DNA of 64,000 bases, taken from positions 1,946 to 65,945 of the forward strand of contig JAPLIQ010000022.1 in the NCBI GenBank assembly GCA_026389025.1, in the 5' to 3' direction. This document shows, in pieces, positions 10,182 to 18,483 of the stretch. The translations under genes and the position numbers were made by a program. The notes beneath the pieces are model-generated. The model saw nothing but the letters and a program-made list of their open reading frames with translations. It made no database searches and had not been told where the DNA came from. The stretch comes from Candidatus Babelota bacterium (lineage in GTDB: Bacteria; Babelota; Babeliae; Babelales; Chromulinivoraceae). Every line of letters starts with the position of its first letter. The first letter of the stretch is position 1.

Positions 10182-10300
10182 TTATTCAACCACAATTCTT
10201 GGAATTGAATTATTGAGTCGAGCTAAAAATAAACGCATGTTTTTTTTGGCGCCGATTCGCCAGCCATAAGCACTTAATAGTTGTTGCTCGTAGGGCGCTA
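10182..10300 (-). pseudogene. remnant of the alr 3' end, copy 1
   Basis: Minus-strand translation ...APYEQQLLSAYGWRIGAKKNMRLFLARLNNSIPRIVVE* matches the C-terminus of the intact Alr at 11768. No upstream coding body. Confidence 0.75.
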
Positions 10301-10336
10301 TAGTAATTTCACCGTCGCACTCAATATTGTTTCACA

Positions 10337-10364
10337 TTGAAAACAAGTCGCAATTCGGTATAAT
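10337..10364 (+). promoter_or_regulatory. candidate sigma70-type promoter of cassette B
   Basis: TTGAAA, 16-nt spacer, TATAAT, about 48 nt upstream of the ATG at 10412. Duplicated at 11039-11066. Confidence 0.45.
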
Positions 10365-10411
10365 GTTATTTTGATCAACAAAACTAAACAATTTTTAACA
10401 ATAGAAAACAA

Positions 10412-10744
10412 ATGAAAAGACTGTTTTTGTCCTTAATGCTTTTTACAGTTGCCTATCAAAATACACAATGTTCTGATTCGGGAGACTTTCTTGAGCCTGA
10501 GACAGTTATATCTCTAGGAGGATTTGCTATGCATATGGCAATTGGTTGCGTACATGCCAAGGATGCGCTCAATGAATTTCAAAACAATGGTCCTTCTATG
10601 AAAGCAGCGCAAAACACAGGACTGGCTACCTTAAATGTCCTTATTGCAGCTAACTATGGTTCTTCAGCTGCTGTGTTTGGTTCATTGGGTTTAAATCTAA
10701 GTCTGGGCTTAGCAACTTCTGGGTTACTTATTATGAAGCGTTAA
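10412..10744 (+). CDS. cassette B: small secreted Gly/Ala/Ser-rich hydrophobic protein
   Basis: 110 aa. Signal peptide MKRLFLSLMLFTVAYQNTQC is homologous to cassette A up to about residue 22, then unrelated. Confidence 0.6.
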   Translation: MKRLFLSLMLFTVAYQNTQCSDSGDFLEPETVISLGGFAMHMAIGCVHAKDALNEFQNNGPSMKAAQNTGLATLNVLIAANYGSSAAVFGSLGLNLSLGLATSGLLIMKR

Positions 10745-10832
10745 GCGTAAAAGTCTGCTTACTTAGTACTAGGATCTGTCAATACTACAAATAATCTTGC
10801 TAGGCAAAATAATTTAGCTAAGAATGTAATTA

Positions 10833-10862
10833 GAAAAAGCGCCATGAAAGTGGCGCTTTTTC
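10833..10862. terminator. bidirectional hairpin terminator, copy 2 of 3
   Basis: Same AGCGCCA-TGAAAG-TGGCGCT hairpin followed by TTTTT. Confidence 0.6.
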
Positions 10863-10900
10863 AATATGCAATTTAAAGAAAAATAAGCTTAATTCTTGAA

Positions 10901-11018
10901 TTATTCAACCACAATTCTTGGAATTGAATTATTGAGTCGGGCTAGAAACAAACGTACGTTTTTTTTGGCGCCAGTTCGCCAGTGATAAGCACTTAATAGC
11001 TGTTGCTCGTAGGGCACT
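10901..11018 (-). pseudogene. remnant of the alr 3' end, copy 2
   Basis: ORF-track ORF 10901-11083 ends ...VPYEQQLLSAYHWRTGAKKNVRLFLARLNNSIPRIVVE*. Its N-terminal part reads through promoter DNA, so it is not a real gene. Confidence 0.75.
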
Positions 11019-11038
11019 GTAAGCTTAACTGTTTCACA

Positions 11039-11066
11039 TTGAAAAAAAGTCGCAAGTCGGTATAAT
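11039..11066 (+). promoter_or_regulatory. candidate sigma70-type promoter of cassette C
   Basis: TTGAAA, 16-nt spacer, TATAAT. The sequence is a paralog of 10337-10364. Confidence 0.45.
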
Positions 11067-11112
11067 GTTATTTTGATCAACAAAACAAATGATTTTTAAC
11101 AATAGGAAACAA

Positions 11113-11673
11113 ATGAAAAAGCTATTCTTGTCCTTAGCGCTTTTTGGTGGATTTGCGGTAGCAGGGCCAGAAGTAAAACTTACTCAAGAGCAGGAAGAGC
11201 AGTGGAACCAATTGTATGCAAAATTCATGCGGTTTGGCAAATGCAAAAGTCTAATATTTGCAGCTGCTGACCTTAATTCTCAAGAATTAAATCCTGATCA
11301 TAAGTTGCACGATATCATGGATCCTTCACAGAAAGCAGCATGTTCAAGATGGATACAAGAAGAGTCTAGAATTTTCAAGTGTTCGCAATTAGGAGAAGTT
11401 TTTCAGCTAGAAAAATACATCTTCTCTGATGAGTCTAGCTGTATAAAGCTATTGTCTACAATGACCGCATTTGCTATAGAAGAAGAAAAAAACGTAAAAA
11501 AAATGAAACAATTCTGTATGAAGTTCGGCATGTCTGAAGAAGAAGGTATTTCTTTATTGAATGCTCAAATAGAAAAAGAGATTAAGGCACAAATAGCTCG
11601 TGCTCAAGAATTATTTAAAGATCCTGAGCTTGTTAATGATCTTTTTGGTTTAAAAGATGATTCTGCTCAGTAG
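11113..11673 (+). CDS. cassette C: small secreted protein, Glu/Lys-rich, unrelated to A and B after the signal peptide
   Basis: Start at the ATG at 11113 (AGGAAACAA ATG). Signal peptide MKKLFLSLALFGGFAVAG. Confidence 0.6.
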   Translation: MKKLFLSLALFGGFAVAGPEVKLTQEQEEQWNQLYAKFMRFGKCKSLIFAAADLNSQELNPDHKLHDIMDPSQKAACSRWIQEESRIFKCSQLGEVFQLEKYIFSDESSCIKLLSTMTAFAIEEEKNVKKMKQFCMKFGMSEEEGISLLNAQIEKEIKAQIARAQELFKDPELVNDLFGLKDDSAQ

Positions 11674-11699
11674 AAGCAATTAACTAAGAATTTTATATT

Positions 11700-11730
11700 A
11701 GAAAAAGCGCCATGAAAGTGGCGCTTTTTC
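11700..11730. terminator. bidirectional hairpin terminator, copy 3 of 3, shared by cassette C and alr
   Basis: AGCGCCA-TGAAAG-TGGCGCT flanked by an A-run and a T-run, between convergent genes. Confidence 0.65.
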
Positions 11731-11767
11731 CTTGCAAAATTTAAAGAAAATAAGTTTAATTTTTGAA

Positions 11768-12853
11768 TTATTCAACAACAATTCTTGGAATTGAATTATT
11801 GAGTCGAGCTAAAAATATTCGTACGTTTTTTTTGGCACCAATTCGCCAGTCATAAGCACTTAAAACATTATCTCCATCAGTCCCTAAAACAGTGACCACA
11901 TCATGACGTTTTACTTGAGAAATGTGAGTTACATCAACAGTAAAATAGTTCATATTTATTCTGCCAACTATGGGCGCAAATTGTCCGCGAATTAAAACTC
12001 TGCCCGTGTTTGCAAGATCAGGATCGATTCCTTCATAATATCCCATACCTAAAACAGCAAGCGTCGTATTCTTGTCTGCTGTGTAGGTGCGACCATAACC
12101 GACCGTTTGACCAGCAGGGATAGTTTTTAAACCGATAACGCGAGTTTTTAAAGATAAAATTGGTTGCAATTCTTGTTGTTTAACTGGATCTGCTTCGGGC
12201 AGATATCCATAGAGTCCAGCTCCAATGCGCGCAAAAGAGTATTGATATTTGCTTACCAGGCTGCCGTGAGAATTTGTCGTGTGAATTTGAGTTCCGTCTT
12301 CAATTAAGGGCTTAAGCAATTCTTCTTGCTCATGCACTGAGCTTTGGTCAGAAGCTTGAATCAAGTGTGAAAAAATCCCTTGCAGGAAAAGGTTGCTGTT
12401 TGATTTGATCAAATTCATGTAGCTTTCAAATTCTTCTGGCATAATGCCAAGCCGAGACAGGCCAGTATCAATTTTTAAATGAATGTTAATTTTTTTGCCA
12501 TTTTTTTCACCAAGTTTATTTAGAGCCTTGATCGTTTGCACGTCTGATACGATCATATCCAGGTTGTGCTCTGCAATATCTTGAAGTGATGTGTTGATAA
12601 ATCCAAGGACTAAAATGGGCTTGGTAACTCCATGCTGTCTGAGCTCTACGCCTTCCTGCGTGTTTGCAACGCATAGCCTCGTAACGTGTGAATTTTGATC
12701 ATGAATGAGGCCTACTTCTTTGAGTCCGTGACCGTAAGCATTTGCTTTGATGACCGGAGCGATACCAGTTTGCTTAGGAAGCCAAAGACGATACTTGTTG
12801 ATGTTGTGCTCAAGAGCTGATTTTTTAATCTCTATCCAAGTCGTGTAATTCAT
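11768..12853 (-). CDS. alr: alanine racemase
   Basis: 361 aa. PLP-lysine motif VIKANAYGHG, with family-typical sequence throughout. Confidence 0.9.
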   Translation of the reverse strand: MNYTTWIEIKKSALEHNINKYRLWLPKQTGIAPVIKANAYGHGLKEVGLIHDQNSHVTRLCVANTQEGVELRQHGVTKPILVLGFINTSLQDIAEHNLDMIVSDVQTIKALNKLGEKNGKKINIHLKIDTGLSRLGIMPEEFESYMNLIKSNSNLFLQGIFSHLIQASDQSSVHEQEELLKPLIEDGTQIHTTNSHGSLVSKYQYSFARIGAGLYGYLPEADPVKQQELQPILSLKTRVIGLKTIPAGQTVGYGRTYTADKNTTLAVLGMGYYEGIDPDLANTGRVLIRGQFAPIVGRINMNYFTVDVTHISQVKRHDVVTVLGTDGDNVLSAYDWRIGAKKNVRIFLARLNNSIPRIVVE

Positions 12854-13005
12854 GGTTTTTATTTTGCATTAAATAGATGTTGAAACAGTTACAATTCATT
12901 GTAGTAAAGCAAAAAAGAGGCAATCATACAATCTAAATCTAGAAAAAAAGGGGTGGTTTTGGTAATCTATCTATATCGTTATGTATTGTTTGAGCAAAAG
13001 GTCTT

Positions 13006-13770
13006 ATGAAAAGAAATAATTCTGGAAAATCTACTGAAAAATCTACTGAAAAATATTCTGATTACGTCTACGGAGTGCACGCTGCTCTTGAAGTGTTGCA
13101 AGCTAAGCGTCGCAAAGTAAGCATGGTTTACACGACCAAAATTCCAGTTAAATCATGGGGACAAATTGAAGCGCTTCTTCCAAAGCATATCCAAATTCAA
13201 TATGTAGGACGTGACGTTCTTGATAACATGTCGGGAACGACTGAGCATCAAGGCATCGTGCTTTTTGTTTCACCTTTTCCTTTTGAAAAAACTATGTTTG
13301 AAGCTAAAAAGTATCCATTCATTGTGGTGCTTGATGGTGTTCAAGATGTTAGAAATTTGGGCGCAATTATGAGATCAGCTTATTGCACAGGCGTTGATGG
13401 AATAGTTCTTTGTAGCAAAAACAGTGCTCCTTTGACTGCTGCTGCAATTAAATCCTCAGCTGGTCTCTCAGAGCATGCAAGAATCTTTGTTGCTCCATCA
13501 ATGGGATTTGTGATGCAAGAACTGAAAAATCGTGGATACGGAATTTATTTAGCAACACTTGGTGCTGGCGAAAATGCTGCAACAATTGAATTTAAACACC
13601 CAGCAGCACTTGTTATCGGCAGTGAAGAGTCTGGAATTTCTAAAGAAGTTTTAAAGTGCGGAACTCGTATTCTTTTGCCTCAGCGTAGACCAGACATTTC
13701 ATATAATGCTTCTGTTGCTGCAGGGATTTTAATGTTTTTAATGGGAAATCAATTTAATAAAATTTCATAA
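13006..13770 (+). CDS. SpoU/TrmH-family RNA 2'-O-methyltransferase (RlmB-like)
   Basis: N-terminal substrate-binding-like region (YGVHAALEVL), and SpoU motifs NLGAIMRSA and VIGSEESGIS. Confidence 0.75.
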   Translation: MKRNNSGKSTEKSTEKYSDYVYGVHAALEVLQAKRRKVSMVYTTKIPVKSWGQIEALLPKHIQIQYVGRDVLDNMSGTTEHQGIVLFVSPFPFEKTMFEAKKYPFIVVLDGVQDVRNLGAIMRSAYCTGVDGIVLCSKNSAPLTAAAIKSSAGLSEHARIFVAPSMGFVMQELKNRGYGIYLATLGAGENAATIEFKHPAALVIGSEESGISKEVLKCGTRILLPQRRPDISYNASVAAGILMFLMGNQFNKIS

Positions 13771-13813
13771 CCATAAGCCTGGGTAGCTGGGTTATGTTTT
13801 GTATGGAGAAAGT

Positions 13814-14455
13814 ATGAAGAAAAGAGCTTGGATAATATTATTTTTTGTGAGTTTTTCACTGACTTGTGCATTTGGTTTGTTGGCCTGGAAATTTTTTATG
13901 CAGGTGCCGCAAGAAATTACAGAGCAGGAATCAGATGAGTTTGAAATTGAAGGCGACGAAGCTTTCGATGAGCAACCAAGTAGCACGTATGAAATGATAG
14001 ATCTGGATATGCCAGTTGAGGTTTTTTTAGCAAGAGGTGGTAGTTCATCTCAGCTTTCAATGGTGCGACGATTACTTTTGAATCAATGGATATCTTCAAA
14101 CCAAAAAGATTTAATTAAATTGGTTGTGTACGGACAAGGTGCAACTTCTTTTAAAGAGCTCAAAAAATTACTAGAAATGGCCATTGAAAAGGAAGGCGGA
14201 TGCAATAACGGATGCTCTGTTGTTCAAGGGGCTATTAAAATTATTGAGCAAGACCAAGATCTTGTGCTTCATGTGGACAAGTCGCTGCAAGAAGGAATGA
14301 GCTCTGAGGTTCATATGCTTCGAGGTCAAATGATGAGCACTCAGCAAGGCACTAAAGAATATAAAAAGATGAAGGCTCAGTATCGCAAAGCTTTAGAAAC
14401 ATGGATGGATGAGAAGCATGGAGCTTTCATCGATAAAATTATTACTAAAGTTTAA
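13814..14455 (+). CDS. hypothetical membrane-anchored protein
   Basis: GGAG SD 5 nt before the ATG at 13814. N-terminal TM segment WIILFFVSFSLTCAFGLLAW. Confidence 0.5.
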   Translation: MKKRAWIILFFVSFSLTCAFGLLAWKFFMQVPQEITEQESDEFEIEGDEAFDEQPSSTYEMIDLDMPVEVFLARGGSSSQLSMVRRLLLNQWISSNQKDLIKLVVYGQGATSFKELKKLLEMAIEKEGGCNNGCSVVQGAIKIIEQDQDLVLHVDKSLQEGMSSEVHMLRGQMMSTQQGTKEYKKMKAQYRKALETWMDEKHGAFIDKIITKV

Positions 14456-14477
14456 TTATTAAATATTTGAATATATA

Positions 14478-14520
14478 AAGGCTCTTGCGCTTACGCTACG
14501 CGAGAGCCTTTCTTTTTTTG
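14478..14520 (+). terminator. rho-independent terminator
   Basis: GGCTCTTGCGC...GCGAGAGCC hairpin followed by TTTCTTTTTTT. Confidence 0.5.
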
Positions 14521-14624
14521 TTTGATTCTTGACTTTGAAACTTTAAAAGAGGTACACAGGAAGTAATCAATAAAAGCTATGGGCAAAAGTTTATGCATAG
14601 ATTGTGTAGGGTTAAGGGGAAGCG

Positions 14625-15308
14625 ATGAAGGGGATAGTTTACATTTTAGTAGCAATCCTGTGTGCCAGTGGATTTTTTTTAGTTAAAAAAAGAACCCCAA
14701 GCATACAACAAATCTTGCCCGAACAATGTGTATTTTTAATGGATGAAGGATTATCGAAATCTTTTCAAGATAATGTATCATCAACGATTACTGCAGCGTA
14801 CGGACAGTCAAAAGATCCTCAAGCTGTCATTTCAAAAATCAGTCAGCAATATCCAGAAATTAGTTCTATGAAAGTTCATCTGTGCAAAACAGATAAAATT
14901 TGTTTTTTGCTTGATGGCCAAAAGCCATTGTTTTTACTCAACGGGCAGTCGGTGGTTTGTGATAATGATGCAGTCATACCAAAAGATCATTTTAGCAGTG
15001 GTATTGTCGGCGACTTAACCAGGGTAACGGCTGACGACAATCAAAATGTGTCGAGCATGGTTCGATTTTTTGAAAAACTGCCAGCAGCAATTAAAACAAA
15101 TTTTGAAACAAACTGGCTGAGCGACAGTGAAATTGTTTTACGAGAAAAAAACAAACAAGGGGAAAGTTTTTTAGTTGCGGTGCATCAAGTTCCGCAAGAA
15201 AAAGATATTGAGCTCTGCAGATCCATTCAAGATCCTGCTGCTTTCAAAAATAAAAAAAAGAGTATTGCGTATGATTTAAGATTTAATAATCAAATTGTTG
15301 TCAGGTAG
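14625..15308 (+). CDS. FtsQ/DivIB-like cell division protein (assigned mainly by position)
   Basis: 227 aa with a single N-terminal TM segment. Lies immediately upstream of ftsA-ftsZ and abuts ftsA. No strong sequence motif. Confidence 0.45.
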   Translation: MKGIVYILVAILCASGFFLVKKRTPSIQQILPEQCVFLMDEGLSKSFQDNVSSTITAAYGQSKDPQAVISKISQQYPEISSMKVHLCKTDKICFLLDGQKPLFLLNGQSVVCDNDAVIPKDHFSSGIVGDLTRVTADDNQNVSSMVRFFEKLPAAIKTNFETNWLSDSEIVLREKNKQGESFLVAVHQVPQEKDIELCRSIQDPAAFKNKKKSIAYDLRFNNQIVVR

Positions 15309-15318
15309 GGGAAATATT

Positions 15319-16551
15319 ATGGCAAAAGTTTTTCATTCTTTAATTACTTCAATCGATGTTGGAACAACTAAAATTTCTGTGCTGATTGCACAAAAAACAA
15401 GTGATGACACTGTTGAGATACTCGGCATTGGCAAATCGCCATCCGATGGTCTTGATAAAGGTGTCGTTGTTGACGTTGCTCGAACAGTTCAATCCATTAA
15501 GCGTGCTGTAAAAGAAGCTGAGCTTATGGCTGGCTGTAGCATTTCAGAAGCGTATGTAGGAATTTCTGGAAGTCATATTCACTCTTTTAACACTCATGGC
15601 GCAGTTCCTATTAAACGCTCGCAAGTGCTTCCTTCAGACATTCAAGCCGTTTTGACTGTTGCTCAGGCGGTACCAATTGAAGAGGGACAAAAAGTACTTC
15701 ATGCATTGCCACAATATTTTATGGTTGACGGAAAAGATCGTGTGGTCAATCCGCTTGGTCTTCATGGAGTCAGGCTAGAAGCTGTGGTCCATGTTATTAC
15801 TGGAGCTGTTTTTTCCATACAAAATTTAATGAAGTGTTGCGAGCTTGCAGGCGTTACTGTTAAAGATATTGTTTTAGAGCAACTAGCATCTGCTGAAGGT
15901 GTTTTAAGTCCTGATGAACGAGCTTTAGGCGTCGGCGTGCTCGACATTGGTGGTGGAACATCTGATTTTGCAATTTATCAACAAAGCAGCATTCGATACA
16001 CCAAAGTGTTTCCACTCGCTGGAAATTATTTCACTAAAGATTTAGCCGTTGGACTGCGAGCAACTTTGCATGATGCTGAACGCTTCAAACGTGAACATGG
16101 ATTTGTAGGGTACATGCAACAAGAGCATGATGAAGAACTTGAAATTGAATCGGTGCAGGGTAATTCGGTTCATAAAGTGAGCAAACAACAAGCAGGATAT
16201 ATTTTGCATGCAAGAGCTTTAGAGCTGTTCATGCTGCTGCAAGATGACATAAAACGATCATCTCTTGCATCTATGATGACTGCTGGTTTAGTTATTACAG
16301 GAGGTGGATCACTTTTGGTAGGAATTGATGACCTTGCTAAAAAAATGTTGGGAATGCCTGTACGAATTGGAAGACCTCGAGTTGATTGTGGTTTTTCAGA
16401 AATTTTAAATAATCCGACACATGCAACGGGTTATGGTCTTTTAAAATATGCCTTACGAAAAGATAAACAAGTAGGCATGAACCAGATGGAAGGACCTATG
16501 GCACAACGTGTTTTTACGAAAATGAGATCTTGGGTAGATAAATTTTTTTAA
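15319..16551 (+). CDS. ftsA: cell division protein FtsA
   Basis: Actin-fold motifs (IDVGTTKISV, DIGGGTSD, ITGGGS). Start at the ATG at 15319 after AGGGGAAA. Confidence 0.9.
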   Translation: MAKVFHSLITSIDVGTTKISVLIAQKTSDDTVEILGIGKSPSDGLDKGVVVDVARTVQSIKRAVKEAELMAGCSISEAYVGISGSHIHSFNTHGAVPIKRSQVLPSDIQAVLTVAQAVPIEEGQKVLHALPQYFMVDGKDRVVNPLGLHGVRLEAVVHVITGAVFSIQNLMKCCELAGVTVKDIVLEQLASAEGVLSPDERALGVGVLDIGGGTSDFAIYQQSSIRYTKVFPLAGNYFTKDLAVGLRATLHDAERFKREHGFVGYMQQEHDEELEIESVQGNSVHKVSKQQAGYILHARALELFMLLQDDIKRSSLASMMTAGLVITGGGSLLVGIDDLAKKMLGMPVRIGRPRVDCGFSEILNNPTHATGYGLLKYALRKDKQVGMNQMEGPMAQRVFTKMRSWVDKFF

Positions 16552-16570
16552 ACCTGTTTAAGGAGTGGTA

Positions 16571-17728
16571 ATGATAAAGTTCGATGCGCTAAATGATAAT
16601 GAGCATGATAGTTCTTTTGTGAAAATTAAAATCTTAGGAATTGGTGGTGCAGGAGGCAACACAATTAATAGCATGAAAGATTTTGGTTTAGAAGGTGTTA
16701 GTGGCTATGTGGCAGCTAACTCAGACATGCAGGCGCTGCGTCAATCGAAAGCTGATTGTAAAATTCAGTTAGGCGTTAAAGCAACTAAAGGACTTGGTTG
16801 TGGAGCAAACCCAGAAGTTGGTCGTCGCGCTACAGAAGAAGATTTAGAACAAATCATGGAGCAGCTCAGTGATGCTGATATCGTTTTTATCGTTGCAGGT
16901 ATGGGTGGCGGAACTGGTTCAGGCGGAGCTCCTGTGGTAGCCAAAGCTTTAAAAGATCGTGGCATTTTAACTATTGCGGTAGTTACCAAGCCATTTGTTT
17001 TTGAAGGAAGACGTCGCATGAATATTGCTCAAGAAGCTTTAGAAACGCTAAAAAAAGAAGTTGATACATTGATTGTAGTTCCTAATGAAAAACTATTAAA
17101 TCTTGTTGATCGTTCAACTTCGATGATTGAATCTTTTGAAATGATTAATCAATTATTGATGCAATCAGTAAAAAGTGTTTCTTCAATTATTTCTCGCTCT
17201 GGTCACATCAATGTAGATTTTGCAGATTTGCGTGCGATCATGAAGGGCATGGGACTTGCAATGATGGGAACTGGTAGTGCTTCTGGTGAAAATAGAGCTG
17301 TTGAAGCTGCAAAAAAAGCGATCTCTTCTCAGTTGCTTGAAAATATGGATATCAAAAGTGCACGCGGTGTACTTTTAAATATTTGTGGTGGCCCAGATTT
17401 ATCACTGCATGAAATTAATGATGCTGCAAATGTAATTTATGATGAATCAAATAAAGATGCCCATATTATTTTAGGTTCAGTAATTGATCCTAACATGGGT
17501 GATGAAGTGGTTGTCTCTGTTATTGCTACAGGTTTTTCTCCGGTGGGAGTTCAAGCACAAGCTGAAAAAATTGTCGCTTCTGTTTCTCAATTTCCACAAG
17601 AAGAAAAACGTTTGTTTGTAGAGCCACAACTTGCTAGAATTATGGCAGAAGATAGCAACAAATCTCAAGATGATTCTTTTGAGGTTCCTGCTTATTTAAG
17701 GCAACAGCAGGGTATTGATCAAAAATAA
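16571..17728 (+). CDS. ftsZ: cell division GTPase FtsZ
   Basis: GIGGAGGN, the tubulin signature GGGTGSG, and NVDFADL. AAGGAG SD upstream. A GTG at 16565 is an alternative start. Confidence 0.95.
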   Translation: MIKFDALNDNEHDSSFVKIKILGIGGAGGNTINSMKDFGLEGVSGYVAANSDMQALRQSKADCKIQLGVKATKGLGCGANPEVGRRATEEDLEQIMEQLSDADIVFIVAGMGGGTGSGGAPVVAKALKDRGILTIAVVTKPFVFEGRRRMNIAQEALETLKKEVDTLIVVPNEKLLNLVDRSTSMIESFEMINQLLMQSVKSVSSIISRSGHINVDFADLRAIMKGMGLAMMGTGSASGENRAVEAAKKAISSQLLENMDIKSARGVLLNICGGPDLSLHEINDAANVIYDESNKDAHIILGSVIDPNMGDEVVVSVIATGFSPVGVQAQAEKIVASVSQFPQEEKRLFVEPQLARIMAEDSNKSQDDSFEVPAYLRQQQGIDQK

Positions 17729-17742
17729 GGCAACAACTTTAC

Positions 17743-18456
17743 ATGAAGAAAATAAATCGTGATTCTTTGCTCATGTTTTTTGGCGACAAGCAGCATGAAC
17801 TTTCTATGAAAGAAATCAAAGAGTCACGATTTTCTTTGCCTTTAAAAACACTCATTAATGATTTTGGTATAAACAACTTTATTGTTTTAGATCAGACACA
17901 TTCGGCTCAAGGGATATGCGTAGAAGATATTAACATGCAAAAATCTGAAAGCTGGTTTGAGTACCAAGGTGATTTTTTATTAACGCAGAAAAAAAATTGC
18001 GCTCTTGTTGCTTTAACAGCTGACTGCATGCCAATAATTTTGCATGACCTTGTAACTGAAACAATTGGGGTAGTTCATTCAGGATGGAGAGGCTCTGCTG
18101 CTCGCGTAGTGCAAAATGCTCTTGCTGCAATGCAAGAAAGATACGGAGCAAAGCTTGAAGATATCCAATGTTTTTTCGGACCAAGTGCAAAGCCTTGTTG
18201 TTATAAAGTAACTGCAGAATTTTTTGATCACTTTAAAAATTTTGATTATGGACAGAAAGCTTTTATAAAAAAAGAGGATACTCTTTATTTCGATAATGGT
18301 TTACTGCTGGCAGAAGGATTGAAAAAATTTGGCATACGCCCTGAGAACATATACAATGATGCTGAGCTATGCAGCATATGCAATGCTCGGTTCTGCTCAT
18401 TTAGACGAGATAAAGAGCTTGCCGGGCGTCAAGTAACAGTTGTGGCATTTCGATAA
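17743..18456 (+). CDS. pgeF: YfiH/PgeF (DUF152) purine nucleoside phosphorylase / peptidoglycan editing factor
   Basis: TADCMP, HSGWRG and CSFRRD motifs. Classic position downstream of ftsZ. Confidence 0.8.
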   Translation: MKKINRDSLLMFFGDKQHELSMKEIKESRFSLPLKTLINDFGINNFIVLDQTHSAQGICVEDINMQKSESWFEYQGDFLLTQKKNCALVALTADCMPIILHDLVTETIGVVHSGWRGSAARVVQNALAAMQERYGAKLEDIQCFFGPSAKPCCYKVTAEFFDHFKNFDYGQKAFIKKEDTLYFDNGLLLAEGLKKFGIRPENIYNDAELCSICNARFCSFRRDKELAGRQVTVVAFR

Positions 18457-18483
18457 CATGAAACTGATTTTTAAGGGTATTTT

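Noticed and set aside
10901-11083. 60-aa ORF that looks like an independent gene
   Set aside because: Its C-terminal 40 aa are a copy of the Alr C-terminus. Its N-terminal part reads through the promoter and leader of cassette C on the opposite strand. It is a duplication remnant, not a gene.
9500-11767. An integron, IS or other mobile element as the cause of the cassette array, and likewise at 30112-36804
   Set aside because: No integrase, transposase, attC-like imperfect palindromes beyond the terminator hairpin, or terminal inverted repeats were seen. The junctions are explained by tandem duplication or homologous recombination using the ends of housekeeping genes.
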